A stretch of 64,000 bases of DNA from the NCBI RefSeq assembly GCF_009914755.1, contig NC_060947.1, one strand, 5' to 3'. The notes beneath the pieces are model-generated. The model ran no database searches, was not told the DNA's origin, and saw nothing but the letters and a program-made list of their open reading frames with translations. The position numbers and the translations under genes are program-made. Source of the stretch: the human T2T-CHM13v2.0 reference genome, Homo sapiens. Each line of letters begins with the position of its first letter. The stretch's first letter is position 1. Below, in pieces: positions 29,410 through 45,038 of this stretch.

Positions 29410-29748
29410 AAGCAAACAGGAGGCCTGTGGGCCCAGTGCAGCAAACCAATGTTTTGTTTGATTTGCACAGTGCTCAATAAAAATGTTAAATTAGTTCATG
29501 ACATTTGAAAATCAGAAGATTTAATATAAATGTCTAGATTTCTAGCTCCTTCTGAAAAATCAGAAAATCTGGCAACACTGCCCCAACAATCATGCTTGGC
29601 AACCATCAGTGGGAGCTGAAAAACAATTACTGAACCCGTTAGACACGATGTGTTCTCTGCAATTTGCTGCTGGTTCCACCCGATCCATTGCATTCCATTA
29701 AGTTAGGTAAGTGGTCCTTATAGGCATTTGAGCTTGAGACTGTCACTC
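29410..29748. mobile_element. MER102-like hAT element
   Basis: catttgaaaatcag...aaaaatcagaaaatctggcaacactg...ggcatttgag. Confidence 0.6.
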
Positions 29749-31618
29749 TCCAGGGAATTTTTTTTTTTTTTTTTTTTTCCAGAGAAACCACAAGAAATGA
29801 TTAGACAACTAAATTACCTCTTTGGAACTGTAGCCAAGTTTCAACTTGAGTTTGGACACACAGGAAAAATTTAGAAGGAAAAACAACCAGGGGTATGTTT
29901 TAAGTGGAACTAAGGAGTTCAAAACAATAGGTAGAGGGACATGAGTACTGTTTTTGACTCACATTATCGTCCATGGCCCTGCTCCCCTGTACTCACACCC
30001 CATGCTGGAGTAAATTTGATTTATCCAAAGACGGAATACTAAAGGAACTGCAGGGCAGGCCGTCAGCTGCTTTGATGACATTAGTCTCAGCAGCAAAAGA
30101 GGCTAACGCCCTTAATACAGATAACAGCACCTTCACAACTATCATAGGCACTCTTGGGGAAGACACCAGCCACAATTAGGAGAGGGTGACCACCTTGTGG
30201 GCACCAGAATCTACAGAGCCTTCAGTAAGACTCATCAGCAATAACTCGTGATGTTTTCAGCAACAGTGTACGCAAGAGAAGAAGAAGAAAATGGCAGACG
30301 ACGGAATAGAAAAGTATTCAATGGGTTTGCACTTTTGTGTGCACTTGGAACACACAAGAGACACATCCTGTACTCTTCCAGAATTATGTGGGCTGATTCT
30401 GAGAGGTAGATTCCCATTTGCAGGGGGCAGGGACTGAAGCTAGAGAAATATTGTTGGTGATTATGATCAAAACTCTATGGTTACCCACAGGATGGGGTAA
30501 AAATTAAAAGGCAGTCCAACAGATGTTATCAGTTGTTTTGAAAACTTGTCAGTTGATAATTACCAATCTGCTCTGTTTAAAAAAAGTCACTTCTCATTAA
30601 ATTTATTTAGGTGTATTAAGCAGAGACTCAGATTTTCAATGCTTAATGGTTCATCCTAGATTGTCAACACACTGACTGTTTTCCCTTGTTCATCATTGGC
30701 AAAGGGGACGACTTGGATTTTCACGTGGTTCAACAGTACACACAGTTGCTTTTTCTTTCAGCTCTTACCTCGGTTTGTTATACAGAAAAAAGATGAAAAG
30801 GTTGAAATCCCACTGCTTGTAGGAAATGTCTGTTGGCATTCTTGAAAGTTTCATTCTAAAAAAGTCTCCTTGGCATTGGTGTGTCTAATTTACTGTGACT
30901 GGCACCCAGGATAATTCTAGAAACAGTAATAACTTAAGGGTAAAAACAATTTCACAAGCTGAGTGAATGATATATGGGAGCCCGGTCTCTTTGCAGCTCT
31001 TCTGTAAATGTAGAAGTATTTTAAAATGAAAAGGTTAAAAAAAACTTTACACTTACTGCCTGTTTATCTTATCAAGCAAAAGATTTTCAGCAATTGAGAG
31101 ACAGAAGAATTCGGTAGGAAATTAAATCAATATTGAGGGTATATTTTCATTTCCTTAAGATTTATATGTGATTATCACTCAATATTATATTTGAAATTCT
31201 ATTCCGAATCAACTTTTGAGGCACTATCTTAAAGCAAGCTCTCTTTGGTTGATTATTTTAATGATAACTCAACTCTCAGTGGTTTTCATCTGACTTCTCC
31301 TCCCATAGGCAGCAGGGAAGATTTTGTTTCAGAGTTTTAGGATAATACGATTTAGAAAAATCTTATACAGAAACTTTTTTTCCTGTTCCATTCTTGGCAG
31401 ATACAGCCATACTTCAAATACTTTAGGGGCTTACATTTGTCTAATAGTGGAGCCAAAGTTGCATTATTCCTTGGAGAGCTTAAAAGGGCCAAGAATTGAG
31501 AGTCACAAAATACCTAAGGTATGGAAGGAAACTGCTCAGCTATTGTATTTTTAGGTAGCTATTCTAGGGATAGCTCTAAGGATATTCTGAAATTTCTCTT
31601 TAGCTGTCCCTCATTCTA

Positions 31619-31662
31619 GTGATGATGATGCTGCTGCTGCTGCTGCTGATGATGATGATGAT
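31619..31662. repeat. Compound (GAT)n(GCT)n(GAT)n trinucleotide repeat at the tail of an antisense MIR
   Basis: Direct reading; MIR-like sequence follows to about 31820. Confidence 0.9.
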
Positions 31663-32118
31663 AGACATATGTGAATCCTTAATGAGTATTAAGGGACAGG
31701 TAATTTGCTAATTAATGGGTTTCAACTACATTATCTCATTTAATTCTTGCAACAGAGCTATAAAGTAGGTAATATTTATTTTTCCTATTTTATCCATTAA
31801 AAAGTTGAGTCAGTAAGAATTTGTTCCATAAAACATATGTGCAAGAATGTCACATTCCCTTATTTTTCTAGATAAAATTAAATGTGGTTCTAAATCCCCA
31901 CCCTAATGGTCAAGTTTTGGTTCCACTGAGGCTTAAGTAAAGCCAGGAAAGGAGAAGTAGGCACAGAAAAGTCATCCACTGTGGTGGTATCTATCATTCT
32001 CGTTGCTCCATCTGCTTAAGTAGAGCTCTGTTGAGCTCTGGACCTCAGGCAGCTGTTGGCCACTTCAGGCTCACAGTGATTCTCTTTACTGACCACAAGC
32101 TCCGGTAGAGATCTCAGC

Positions 32119-32297
32119 ATGTGGTTGCCAGATTTAGCAAATAAAAAGACAAGATGCCCGGTTAAATTTGAATTTCAGATGAACAACAAATACTTTCTCA
32201 GCATAGGCATGTCTCATGAAAACGTGAAACAAATCTTTGTTATTTGTCTGAAATTTACATTTAACTGGGAATCTTATATTTTACTGGGCAATGCTAT
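32119..32297. mobile_element. MER53 palindromic MITE
   Basis: ggttgccagatttagcaaataaaaa...gttaaatttgaatttcagat / tctgaaattt...tttaactgg. Confidence 0.8.
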
Positions 32298-32906
32298 CTG
32301 TCAGCAGCCATCAAGGCCACAACACTTAGTTTTCAGCCACTGCATTCATCCCACAGCTATTTTCCATCCAGGAGGGACAGATAGAGGCAGGGCTTTGTGA
32401 TTATGAAAACATCCTGGTTGTATCCAGTGCTCTGTTCCCCACTAGCATAGCTATATAGATATCAAAGGTCTGATAAATACTGACCAGCTCCACTGAGTGC
32501 TGAAAAAAACAAAAAAGTGGCAGTGGAAGGCAAATTCTTCTGGTGAAACCTGGTCAAGAGGTTAACTCCCTAAGTCTGCAGTAACCACGTGGCAGAGAAC
32601 TCAGGTGGACCTGCCTCAACATAATCCAAGTTCAGTCCCCTAAACCACTCTGCGGATGGCTCTCAGACTAGTAACATTCAGTGTCACCTCATCCCCCAGG
32701 ACCTCTCACCTGGAACTCCAGCCCTGCAAATGCACTTGCAAAAGACCCCAGCTGGCCATTTAAAACAATCACAATTCAAAACAAAACAAACCATCTTTAC
32801 TACTACATGAGCAGTAGATTTGCAGATATCTTCAGTATTCGGTTTCATCACGTTATTCTTTTATCCTTGTTTTCTTTCAGCAATTCTTTTTAAGACTGCC
32901 TTTCAC

Positions 32907-34084
<1,178 letters not shown>

Positions 34085-35849
34085 AAGACTGCCTTTCACA
34101 TTTAAACTGCCCCAACAGAAAGTGCTTGTATAAGGGATCCATGAGAGAAATCCTAATCAAGGGAAGCCAGAGAAATATTTTCCCTCAATTTGTTCTTGTG
34201 TTGGCATTCCAGGACCATGATAATTTCATCGCTAAATAAATACATGGACACTAAGGCTAACCTGCAAGGAAAGGCCAGCAGGATCTCGGTAAGAATCACC
34301 TTCACTCCCTAATCTATAAAAGGAAGCACAGATTTCAAAGCAAATAATGATAATGATGCTTTAAATAAAACTTGATTAATCTCCTAAATATTAATAAATA
34401 CACCAATCACATAGTTCTAGATACAGGATTAATATTACAGTTACTTTCTCCTTAAAGACAACTCAGATTAAGAGGCAGTGAATCTGTTAATCTAATCATC
34501 TCCTTTTTTTTTATTTAACAAAACTGAAAGCTTTGCAACCATCTGGTTAATGATTCATATAAACCACTGGCAAAAAGAAAATTACCTAAACAATCCTAAT
34601 TTATCGTTTTCAGAACATCTCTGTCTACAAGTATTTGATTCAATATCTTTATGCATCATATTTTTCAAAAACAGTTATAAAAAATTTGGCCAATAGTAAT
34701 GAAATACTTTCCCTTGTATCAGAAAAAAAATTCAATCTTCTAATTTGACTCTTTTATCTTATTATTTTTAGTCTTTATGTTGGAGAACAATGGCAGAAAA
34801 AAGAAAGCAATTTGGCAATTTGGGCATGAAATGAATATATTGCACATTTGTAGGCCCTCTTGAGGTGTATGTTCTGGTTTTGAGCCACATGATGATGGCC
34901 ATTCATGTGAAATTGGTAGTACACTTGTGCTAGATTTTCTGACCAGAGCTGGTCATCTCAAACATTATCCACCTTTGCTATTCTGTTTCAGATTCTAGAA
35001 GTCAGGTCCCAACAAGATGCTGCAAAGTGAATTAGAAAGCATTAGATGGAAAAGCTGAGAAATGCAGCTATTAAAATTTCACTGCATTTCTTTCTTAGTC
35101 TTTTTTTTCTCAGTGAAGATCATGATCTGACTGAAGCCCATTATTTACTGTCAATTGCAAAACCTTTGCTAAATTTTTCATGAGGTAAGGAAAAAAAGGG
35201 CAGGGGATAAAAGGAATTGGAAAAACACTTGGGCAATTTACATACCATGAATCTTCCCAACTTTATCTATAAACATAAACTTTTGGCAACTTTGCTGAAC
35301 CAGATTTCTAGCTGTTTATCCTCATGCTTCATGAAAATCAAACAAAACCTAATAGTGCATCTCAGTTAATCACTTCCACGTACTGTTTTATAATTCATTG
35401 ATTCAATAATTCGACCATAATCAGTCATGCCATGATCATCTAGTATAATAAACGACTCAAATCCTGAACTCGTAGTCTCAGTAACTATATTTATTGACTT
35501 AAAATCTGGGACAGAAAAAAATCTGGGTTTTATACTAAGCATGTAACACTTGGAAATTAACCATGATTATTGTTACTATTTTCAAACGTACTAAAATCAA
35601 GCAGACTGCAGTAATTTCTTTCAGAAAAGAATAGGTATGTTTCCATCTAATGGTGGCCTAAGAAAACAAATTGAACCGGTCAGAGTTTGCCAAATTCAAA
35701 ACTCCTCGGGAAGGAGTAGTTTTTCAAAAAACTTTCGAGCCCTGGGACACTTGCTTATAAAGAAATGTACATAGGAGACCAAATTATAAATGAAGTAAAG
35801 AAGACCTTTCTGGTGAAGTAAGAAGTAGAACAAAGCAAATGTTGATGAT

Positions 35850-36250
35850 ACCCACCCATATCCTTACAGGCTCCCTGGAGGTCCCTCAAACAGTTCTCTG
35901 ACATGCAGTGGCTTCCTGCAACTCTCTGATGGGCAACATATTCCAGCCTCAGCAGCATGCTTGGCCCGTGCCCGGGGCAGGCTTAGAGTGCTGCGTGACC
36001 CATGCTCCAGAAGCCACCCTCAATCATTGTGGGGTGGGGGATGGAGGACAAATACCCTAGCTTCCTCACCCCTCAACAGGACAATTCTCAGGTATGGTTC
36101 ATAGAGTTTCTCAAAGGCTTCCCAGAACAATGCATCCCACGTTTCCCATAGCAGTAACTTGCTGGTTAATGTACTTTTTACTGGCTTTCTCCCTTCCCAA
36201 TCTCACTTCATTTCCTCACAGTGTGTCTTAGGATCACCTTACAAATAAGA
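35850..36250 (+). mobile_element. LTR16C-like ERVL LTR
   Basis: aaataccctagcttcctcacccctc...ggacaattct...ggatcacctt.caaataa. Confidence 0.65.
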
Positions 36251-36944
36251 GGAAGGGAGGGAGCAGACAGAACCATACTCATCCCGACACCCCACACCAG
36301 ATGGACCCAAGGGATCCTTTGAACTTTGAAAACCAGAGCTGCTCTAAGTCACTTTCCTCATTTCACAAGGGGGCGAGGCCTGCTGCAACCAACACTTGAC
36401 AAGTTCGCAGCATAGGCTGAACAAAGTATGCAACCTTGCTCTCCACTGAGCACCTGCACCCACCTCAAGTTCCACCACTTCTCTGGAGTTCAAGCGCAGC
36501 CTATACACCTCAACTACCTCCACCGACATGATAGAACAGGCCCCAAAATAAAATGGAATACTTCTGACCTTAAATGAATATAGGCATCTACTGCTTAACA
36601 TCAGAAATCCATTCCTGAGTTTCCTACTATACATCTAGGGCTCTCTTACTATTTCCAATGGGAAAATATGTAACAACTGAAATCCTCCAACCAATTTCTT
36701 AAAACATACTTAAAACACAGTAAAATACATACACACAGAGAGATATCACAGGATGCACAATGTTCAGATCCTTGCTTTATGATCATCCATTCATAGACTT
36801 GTTAAAACAGAGCTTCTTTGTTTGCATTAACACTGACATCCCTCTTAGCACAGGTAACATAAAGCAAGCATATCTCTTTTCTTGACACTCTGGTGCATGT
36901 AACCAAACTTCTAAACGTGTGTCTGACATTCTACCAATATTCTG

Positions 36945-37559
<615 letters not shown>

Positions 37560-37598
37560 TCAGGTATTAAAAAGCAGGAAGTGTTCCACCAGGAAAAT

Positions 37599-37745
37599 AC
37601 AGGTTCTCATTGGAGCAGTTCAAATTTTATATTTTTGGATGCTCAACTGGTAAGAGTAATGCAAATATTTCAAAATCTGAAAAAAATTCAAAATCTGAAA
37701 CACTTCCGATCCCAAGCATTTCAAATAAGGGATGCTCAGCCTGTA
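37599..37745. mobile_element. Tigger4a/MER46-like TcMar fragment
   Basis: aaacacttccgatcccaagcatttcaaataagggatgctcagcctgTA. Confidence 0.7.
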
Positions 37746-37891
37746 ATAACCAGGAGGTGTTCTGTGGGGTACGCTTGTTATTATTATGGAGGGGCTTTCA
37801 TAGTGTATGCATAATTGTAGCAAGGAATTTTGTTTGTGGCTTTATAAATTACTGATACATCTAAATTAAATTTTCTGCTCAAAACTCCTGG

Positions 37892-38613
37892 ATTATCTCA
37901 TACCGGTCATAATGGTGATTATTAAAAAGTCAAGAAACAACAGATGCTGGTGAGGCTGCAGAGAGATAGGAATGTTTTCACATGGTTGATGGTTGGTGGG
38001 AGTGCAAATTAGTGAAACCATTGTGGAAGACAGTGTGGCAATTCCTCAAAGACCCAGAAGCAGAAATACCATTTTACCCAGCAATCTTATGACTGGGCAT
38101 ATACCCATAGGGATATAAATCATTCTATTATATGGATACATACACGTGTATGTTCATTGCAGCACTACTCATACTAGCAAAGGCATGGAATCAACCTAAA
38201 TGCCCATCAATGATAGACTGGATAAATAAAATGTGGTACATATACACCATGGAATACCATGCAGCCATTCAAAGGTATGAGATCATGTCCTTTGCAGGGA
38301 CATGGATGGAGCTGGAAGCCATTATCCTCAGCAAACTAACACAGGAACTGAAAACCAAACAGCACATGTTCTCACTTATAAGTGGAAGCTGAACAATGAA
38401 AATAGTGGACACAGGGAGGGGAACATCACACACTGGGGCGTGTTGGGGGGCATTTCAGGGGCAGAGCATCAGGAAGAACAGCTGATGGATGCTGGGCTTA
38501 ATACCTAGGTGATGGGTTGATCTGCGCAGCAAACCACCATGGCACACGTTTACCATGTAACAAACCTGCACATCCTGCGCATGCACCCTGGAACTTAACA
38601 TTAAAAAAAAAAA
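37892..38613 (+). mobile_element. L1PA (about PA11-13) 3' end
   Basis: ORF2 end ...HMFSLISGS*; 3' UTR with gctgggcttaatacctaggtgatgggttgat; A tail. Confidence 0.9.
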
Positions 38614-38699
38614 TCTGGCGTTTATCTTATCCGTTCTCTGCTACTTTATTTATATTTTAGGTTTAAAAATAAGTTTCATCTATCTAAATACAAAAGGAA

Positions 38700-39045
38700 A
38701 CTGCCCTGCTTGAAATCTTCCAAATAGGCCATGTTCTCTCTCACCTCCAGGACTTTACCGTTGCTTTGCTATCTCCTTAGAATACCCTTTCTCACCTGTA
38801 TTTGTATCTCCTTCTCCTAGATCACCCCTCATCCTTTGAGACTCACCTACAAAGTATCTCCTATAGGAAAACTTCCCTTAATCCCCAAGGTTAGATTCAG
38901 TACCTGTTCGCATGGGCTCCCATAGCAGCCTATCCTCACCTCACCGCCTTGTAATTGTTTCATCACTTTAAGCTCCATGTGACCAGGGACTGGTAATTGC
39001 CTGGCCCACAGTAAATGTCGTAAGTATTTGTTAAATAAGGGATTG
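38700..39045 (+). mobile_element. L2 3' end
   Basis: gcctggcccacagtaaatgtcgtaagtatttgttaaat tail. Confidence 0.6.
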
Positions 39046-40605
39046 AATCTAGGGCTATTCGTTCCCAGTACCACCATCACCACCAAACCCCAATCCCACC
39101 GATACCTCAATCAAATATTGTCCCTTGAGTCACATGTCCTGGCTGCTGTTAAATCACACATTAAAATTAAAATCTTTAATGACTAGTTTGGGTAGTGTTA
39201 CTGATGCTTGGGATGTGTCAGCAGGTAATGATTTGAAATTCTACATCACAAAAGCATTTCTTCTACTCCCTAATTTGTGACAGCCCCCTCCACAGGACTC
39301 TCCAGTATCCTATTGCTATCTTTGGCTCAATAGTCAAGGCCCTTGGTAAGATGGATAGCATCAGTACTTCAGGGGTGGTGGACAGATGTTATTCCAGGAC
39401 ACCATTCCTGCCGATCCTATCCCAGCACAGTCTAGTTTGTACAGCCTCTTGACTCTCTGTCAGTTTCTGATATGGTCATATGGGATGTGGACACAAACGC
39501 TAATTTATTTTGTGCTTGATACTGTCAAACCCTATCTGCCTTTCTCCCTATGAATGGGATTCCATCCTGGAATTCTTGATGTCTTTGGTGCTAGTTGTAT
39601 TACTGCAGTCAAAGGCAACATCAGGCTACCTTAGCCTAAAGCCACTAACACCCTAAGCTGTATCCCACATTCAAATCCTTAATAGAGGAAGAAAAAATGG
39701 TGAAGAAAAAAAATGAGGAGAAAAGCAAGAATACATGCATAAGCAAGCAGTACAAGACCATGTTTTCCTAAGTTCAGAATGAGTTGGAACTTTGTAATAT
39801 TTATGTTCACCATCCAAATAAAGTATTTAGTTCAATTTTATTTCTTGGTGACAAATTCTGCCTCTTCAACCTAAGGATAAAAGCTGAAAAAGCTTTTTCA
39901 GATGTCATTTGCCTACACAAAACAACATTCTGATGAGTAGCAAAGCATCTATTAATTAGAAACATATGGGAACTGACTTCCCTCAAATTAAATGTAGTTG
40001 TGAAACTTGAGAATAAGGAGAGGTATTTGGCAAAACATTCTTGAGTTATGCTGAATGTACAAAACTTATTAAGAGAGATATATTTATTTAAGTTTAAAAT
40101 ATGGCTACATTTTCTTCTTCTAGCAAGTAAGCCAACTCAGCAAAAAGTCTTCATCAGTAAGAGTATCATTTTTATTTATACATATGAATTTATTATTTGA
40201 CTCATAGATTCTTTTTTAAAAAATCAGGAAAGAATGGAAGGAAAAGGATTAGGGAGAAGGCTTTCGCTATACCTGCAACATTTTATTTCTTAAAAAAAGA
40301 TTTGAGACAGGGATGGCAAAATAACATCCATCAAATCTGGCTGGTATGTGTGTCTACTTAATTATATTCTATATGTTTGAAAAAAATCACACGTTTTTGA
40401 TAAAAGTATGCAAGCAATATGTCAGGGTAGATAAGAACACGGGAATTTGTTTGAGACACCTGGTTCTGCTGTTTACTAGCTCCGTGACCTTAGCAATCTC
40501 TCTACATCTCAGTTTCTCAATCTATAAAATAAGGAAATTGTGAACTGCTTCCTAGCTGAAGGGTGAGTACTATCCACAATTTAAAGCAAATACATGTGTG
40601 TCTAT

Positions 40606-41050
40606 GTCTTAGGGCAGGTTTCCCTAGAAACAGACTTTGAGACAGAGATTTGTGCAGTACTCTCATTGGACAGTGCTCTCAGGAACACCGCTAGTCAGGG
40701 GAGGTAAAGAAAGCCAGATTGGGCAGAGGGAGAAGTTGAGCCATGATGTAGTCACAACAGAGGCCTCGGCCAATCCTGCGGGGGCACACTGGAGCTGTAG
40801 TAGCCCTTCTGAATTATCCAGAGTCAAGGAAAGGGGACCAAACCTTTCTATCTCTACATCTACTTTAAACAATGGGTGAAAGCTACCCCTGGGGAAAGGA
40901 CATAACCTTGGGTGTGGCAGTGCCTTCAGCCAAGGGCAATGCCTGGAGAGGATGTAAGATGAGAACTATCAGCAAGCAACAGCCCCACCAGCTGAGGAAT
41001 GACGGCCTCAACTCTCAAGGGAGGATCTGAGTTAAGAACCACAGCACCCC
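40606..41050 (-). mobile_element. LTR33-like ERVL LTR
   Basis: tgtcttagg...ttgggcagagggagaagttga...acagaggcctc. Confidence 0.7.
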
Positions 41051-42884
41051 TGATAGTTTGTATCAGCCTCAGCAAAGGAAGGAACATGGTGAGGAGGTAG
41101 AAAAACAAGGGGCCAAGGGATAGGATGGGATCTGAAAGCCTATGAAACAAGGTTGGCTGTGGCCACAGAAGAGCTCTGTAAGCCAGACACCTAACATTCC
41201 TTCGATCTTGTAGTATGTCCCTGCTGTTCTCTAGCAAAAAATTTATTAGTAAATTCCAACCAACTGCTACTTGTGCCAAATAGTTTAAGAGGGAAGCATC
41301 ATACATACCTAGCATTAATGTGATCACAAGAACAGGAAGCCAAGCCAAAGAACCCAAGAGGAAGGTGAAATTCAGGTGAACATATCGGGCCATTGAGTTA
41401 GCCATCCCTTCTCCCTCACTGCACCCACACCAGAGATTCACTTTCCAGAGCTAAACCTTGGAGTCCTGGAGTCTGTTTTAACAAGGAGAGGACTATTTCC
41501 TTATTGCAGCCCCTTCTCCCCATCTTTCAGAATGTTATAGGTAAACTGGGGCAACCATTTCATATCTCAAGAGGGATGGAGTATTTTTCATTTTTTTTTT
41601 TTACCACTTTTACACATTCATCCTTTTTAGAAAAGGAAATTTAAACTTTAAAGCTTGCTTATATATATAGCCAAAAACCCTTCTCTAAACTCAAGGCAGC
41701 ATTCTCAAGCAGGCTGTGGTATCAAAGTCAGTAATAATTTGTACGTGAAATTTAGAGACCACATTTAACCAGGTTTTTAAACACCATACTTGAAACTACC
41801 AATTTTATTATATCAACCATTGCCAGTCACTTATTCATAGACAAATGTCCTGTCATGTGCTCATTTTATTGCCCCTAATCACTTAATTTGGATTCAATAT
41901 GCTGTATAGAGTCATAAGGACTCTGAAAACTTTGGAGTTAAAATAATAAAATATCCAACAGAAGGAGTGCTGTGCACTTAGCCGTGCAATGGGAAGACTT
42001 CTATTTTGGCTCTTTCCTTTGACATTGCTTCTGTGATCAAATCCTTAAGCTTCTTTCCATTTCAGTGTTTGCATCTGAATATTATAAGAAGCACATATTA
42101 CATCCAATTAGCCCTACAGGCATGGATTAATAACAAAAGATAATTATCATTGATTGTAGCTGGATTACATCTTTATTTCCAGATTTCTCATAAGCAGTGA
42201 TATAAATAGAGAAGAAAGGTGCCATGGCATAAAGAAAGAAGGCTCTGAACCAGTCCACTAGTGTGCAGTGGTTTCCAATGGCTTTTAAACAATAATGTAA
42301 TTCACTTCACAGTACTGATTGAGTAGACTTGAGTTTATTTCATTATGATAACACTGTTGTTAGGCATTGTCATCCAGCTTGGTGACTTCATACAGCTCAA
42401 GGCCAAACACATGGTGTGCCTGTTCTTGTAATTCATTCACACAATTAGTATAAACTACCATAGATTTAGCTTTCTAAAGACTACCCATCTACTCCCCTTC
42501 CCACCTCCACTACCACTGGGAAAAGCTAGAGCAATCCATGTTAAAGCTTTTGTCATGAAGAATTATGCACACTGACTGTGATGAAACTAAAACTACACAT
42601 GCACATATAAGACTACCTAAAAAGAACCATGCTGGAAAATTCCTTTATCTTGTTTAGCTTTGCAAAAGCTCTGCAAAAGCTATTTTTCTCACCATATTCA
42701 TTTATGGTTTTGCTTTTCCTAAATAAAAGCATGTATGCAGAGCAGGCACATGTGGGTAGCTTGTTTTTACTAATCTTTATTTAACACTAAATATCTGATC
42801 TGACGTTCTCATATACTATCAAATGTGGTAACCATATCATTCAGCCAACATAGTGTCCCTTTTCCCCAGGAACTGCCACAGAAT

Positions 42885-43190
42885 AGTATTCTTCTTTACA
42901 TAATTTTTTAACCATTTAAAATTGTAAAACCCATTCTTTGTTTGCAGACTGTACAAAAACAGGCAGGTAATGGGCCAGATTTGGCCTACGAGGCAAAGTT
43001 TGCCAATCCCTAATCTAGATCAGCTCCCAGACTTCTCTGCACGTAGAATCACCTAGGGAACATTGTAAATTTTCAGTGCTCAGGCCATACCCCAGACCAA
43101 TTAAGTCACAATTTCCTGAGGATACTAGCAGCAGTAATTTTGGAAGCTCCTCAGTGGAATCCAAGGTGCAGACAAACTTGAGACTCACTG
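42885..43190. mobile_element. MER58 fragment followed by MER5A1-like MITE
   Basis: gggccagatttggcc...agtttgccaatccct, then agaatcacctaggga...ccccagaccaattaag. Confidence 0.65.
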
Positions 43191-43336
43191 ATCTCTAAAC
43201 TAAGATTTTCTTTTCAAGTGCTGATAATACATATCATTTGCTTTGACTTTGGCTTCCTTTGTCATTCCTAATATCCCTAGCAAACCATCTCGGGTTAGTA
43301 GAAGAGTAGATTTCAAAATAAAAAATCTTGGTTATA

Positions 43337-44382
43337 CAGGCAACCTACAGAATGGGAGAAAATTTTTGCAATCTACCCATCTGACAGAGGTCTAATATCC
43401 AGAATCTACAAGGAACTTAAACAAATTTACAAGAAAAAAACAAACAACCCCATCAAAAAGGGGGTGAAAGATATGAACAGACACTTCTCAAAAGAAGACA
43501 TTTATGCGGCCAACAAACATATGGAAAAAAAGCTCATCATCACTGGTCATTAGAGAAATGCAAATCAAAATCAGAATGAGATACCATCTCACACCAGTTA
43601 GAATGGCGATCATTAAAAAGTCAGGAAACAACAGATGCTGGAGAGGATGTGGAGGAATACGAACGCTTTTACACTGCTGGTGGGAGTGTAAATTAGTTCA
43701 ACCATTGTGGAAGACAGTGTGGCAATTCCTCAAGGATCTAGAACCAGAAATACCACTTGACCCAGCAATCCCATTACTGGGTATATACCCAGAGGATTAT
43801 AAATCATTCTACTGTAAAGACACACACACACACGTATGTTTACAGCACTATTTACAATACCAAAGACTTGGAACCAACCCAAATGTCCATCAGTGATAGA
43901 CTGGATTAAGAAAATTTGGCACATATACACCATGGAATACTATGCAGCCATAAAAAAGGATGACTTCATGTCCTTTGAAGGGACATGGATGAAGCTGGAA
44001 ACCGTCATCTTCAGCAAACTAACACAGGAACAGAAAACCAAACACCGCATGTTCTCACTCATAAGTGGGAGTTGAACAATGAGAACACATGGACGTAGGG
44101 AGGGGAACATCACACACTGGGGACTGTCAGGGGATGGGGGGCAAGGGGAGGGAGAGCATGAGGACAAATACCTAATGCATGCAGGGCTGAAAACCTAGAT
44201 GACAGGCTGATAGGTGCAGCAAACCACCATGCCATGGCACATGTATACCTATGTAACAAACCTGCACGTTCTGCACAGGTATCCCAGAACTTAAAGTAAA
44301 ATAAAAAAACAAACAGACAAACAAAAATGCTAATGATCATCTGAAAAAAAAATACAAGTTTCTTTCAGAGTGGACAGTCAAA
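43337..44382 (+). mobile_element. L1PA7/8-like, 5'-truncated, with 3' transduced sequence
   Basis: ORF2 end plus 3' UTR; 17-bp TSD aaaaaatcttggttata at 43320-43336 and 44383-44399; about 52 nt of non-L1 sequence before the 3' TSD. Confidence 0.92.
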
Positions 44383-44450
44383 AAAAAATCTTGGTTATAA
44401 AGTAAATTAGTCATGCTTGAAATATGGTAGGTGGGGATGATAGCCTATTT

Positions 44451-44945
44451 GTCTTAGCCTGGGCATCTCCCTAAGAAGCCCTCCAGAAAGCAATCTGAGA
44501 CAAGTAGTTCATTTGGGGACGTGCTCCCAGGCAGCAGGAAAGGGAGATGTAGAAGAGCAAAATAAGAAATGAATAAGAGCCCATACAAGCGTGTATTATC
44601 AAGCTGGTCACCATAGTAGGCAACTGAGTCTTAATCCCACTGGGATCCACTGAGGACCTATCTAGAACACACTTCAGAATAGCCTGCCTGGGAAATAGAA
44701 GAGAGGAGCATTTACTCACTGGCTCCCATCCCCTACTTGTTAAAGTCTACCCCAGAGATTATTTCCCTCATACTTCCCAGTTGTACATATTTGAGCAATG
44801 CAGCCAACCAAGTGGCAAGCTCCAGGTAGCCAGGGCCACATGCTGTTAGGTGACATGTGCCAAAAAATGGTTGCCACAGCAATGGCTGAAGAAAAGGTAG
44901 GCTAAGAGGAGACAGGAGGTTCACAAGAGATATCCAAAATGCCAT
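44451..44945 (-). mobile_element. LTR33A-like ERVL LTR
   Basis: tgtcttag...caagtagttcatttgggga...ggcaactgag...aatcccactggga. Confidence 0.6.
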
Positions 44946-45038
44946 CCAAAAGTCATTAGAATCCAGTGTTTTAGAAACTCACATGGGCAGTTCAATAGGC
45001 GACTCAATATGGGCTTAGTACAATGCCACCTTAGATAA

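Noticed and set aside
29960-31100. Possible exons of a host gene or lncRNA
   Set aside because: Short ORFs without homology and no convincing splice-site pair; cannot be supported from sequence alone.
31619-31662. CTG/CAG disease-type or coding repeat
   Set aside because: Only about 6 GCT units, derived from a MIR tail, not in an ORF.
40926-41441. 171-aa ORF
   Set aside because: Non-ATG start, partly overlaps an LTR33-like element, no recognisable domain.
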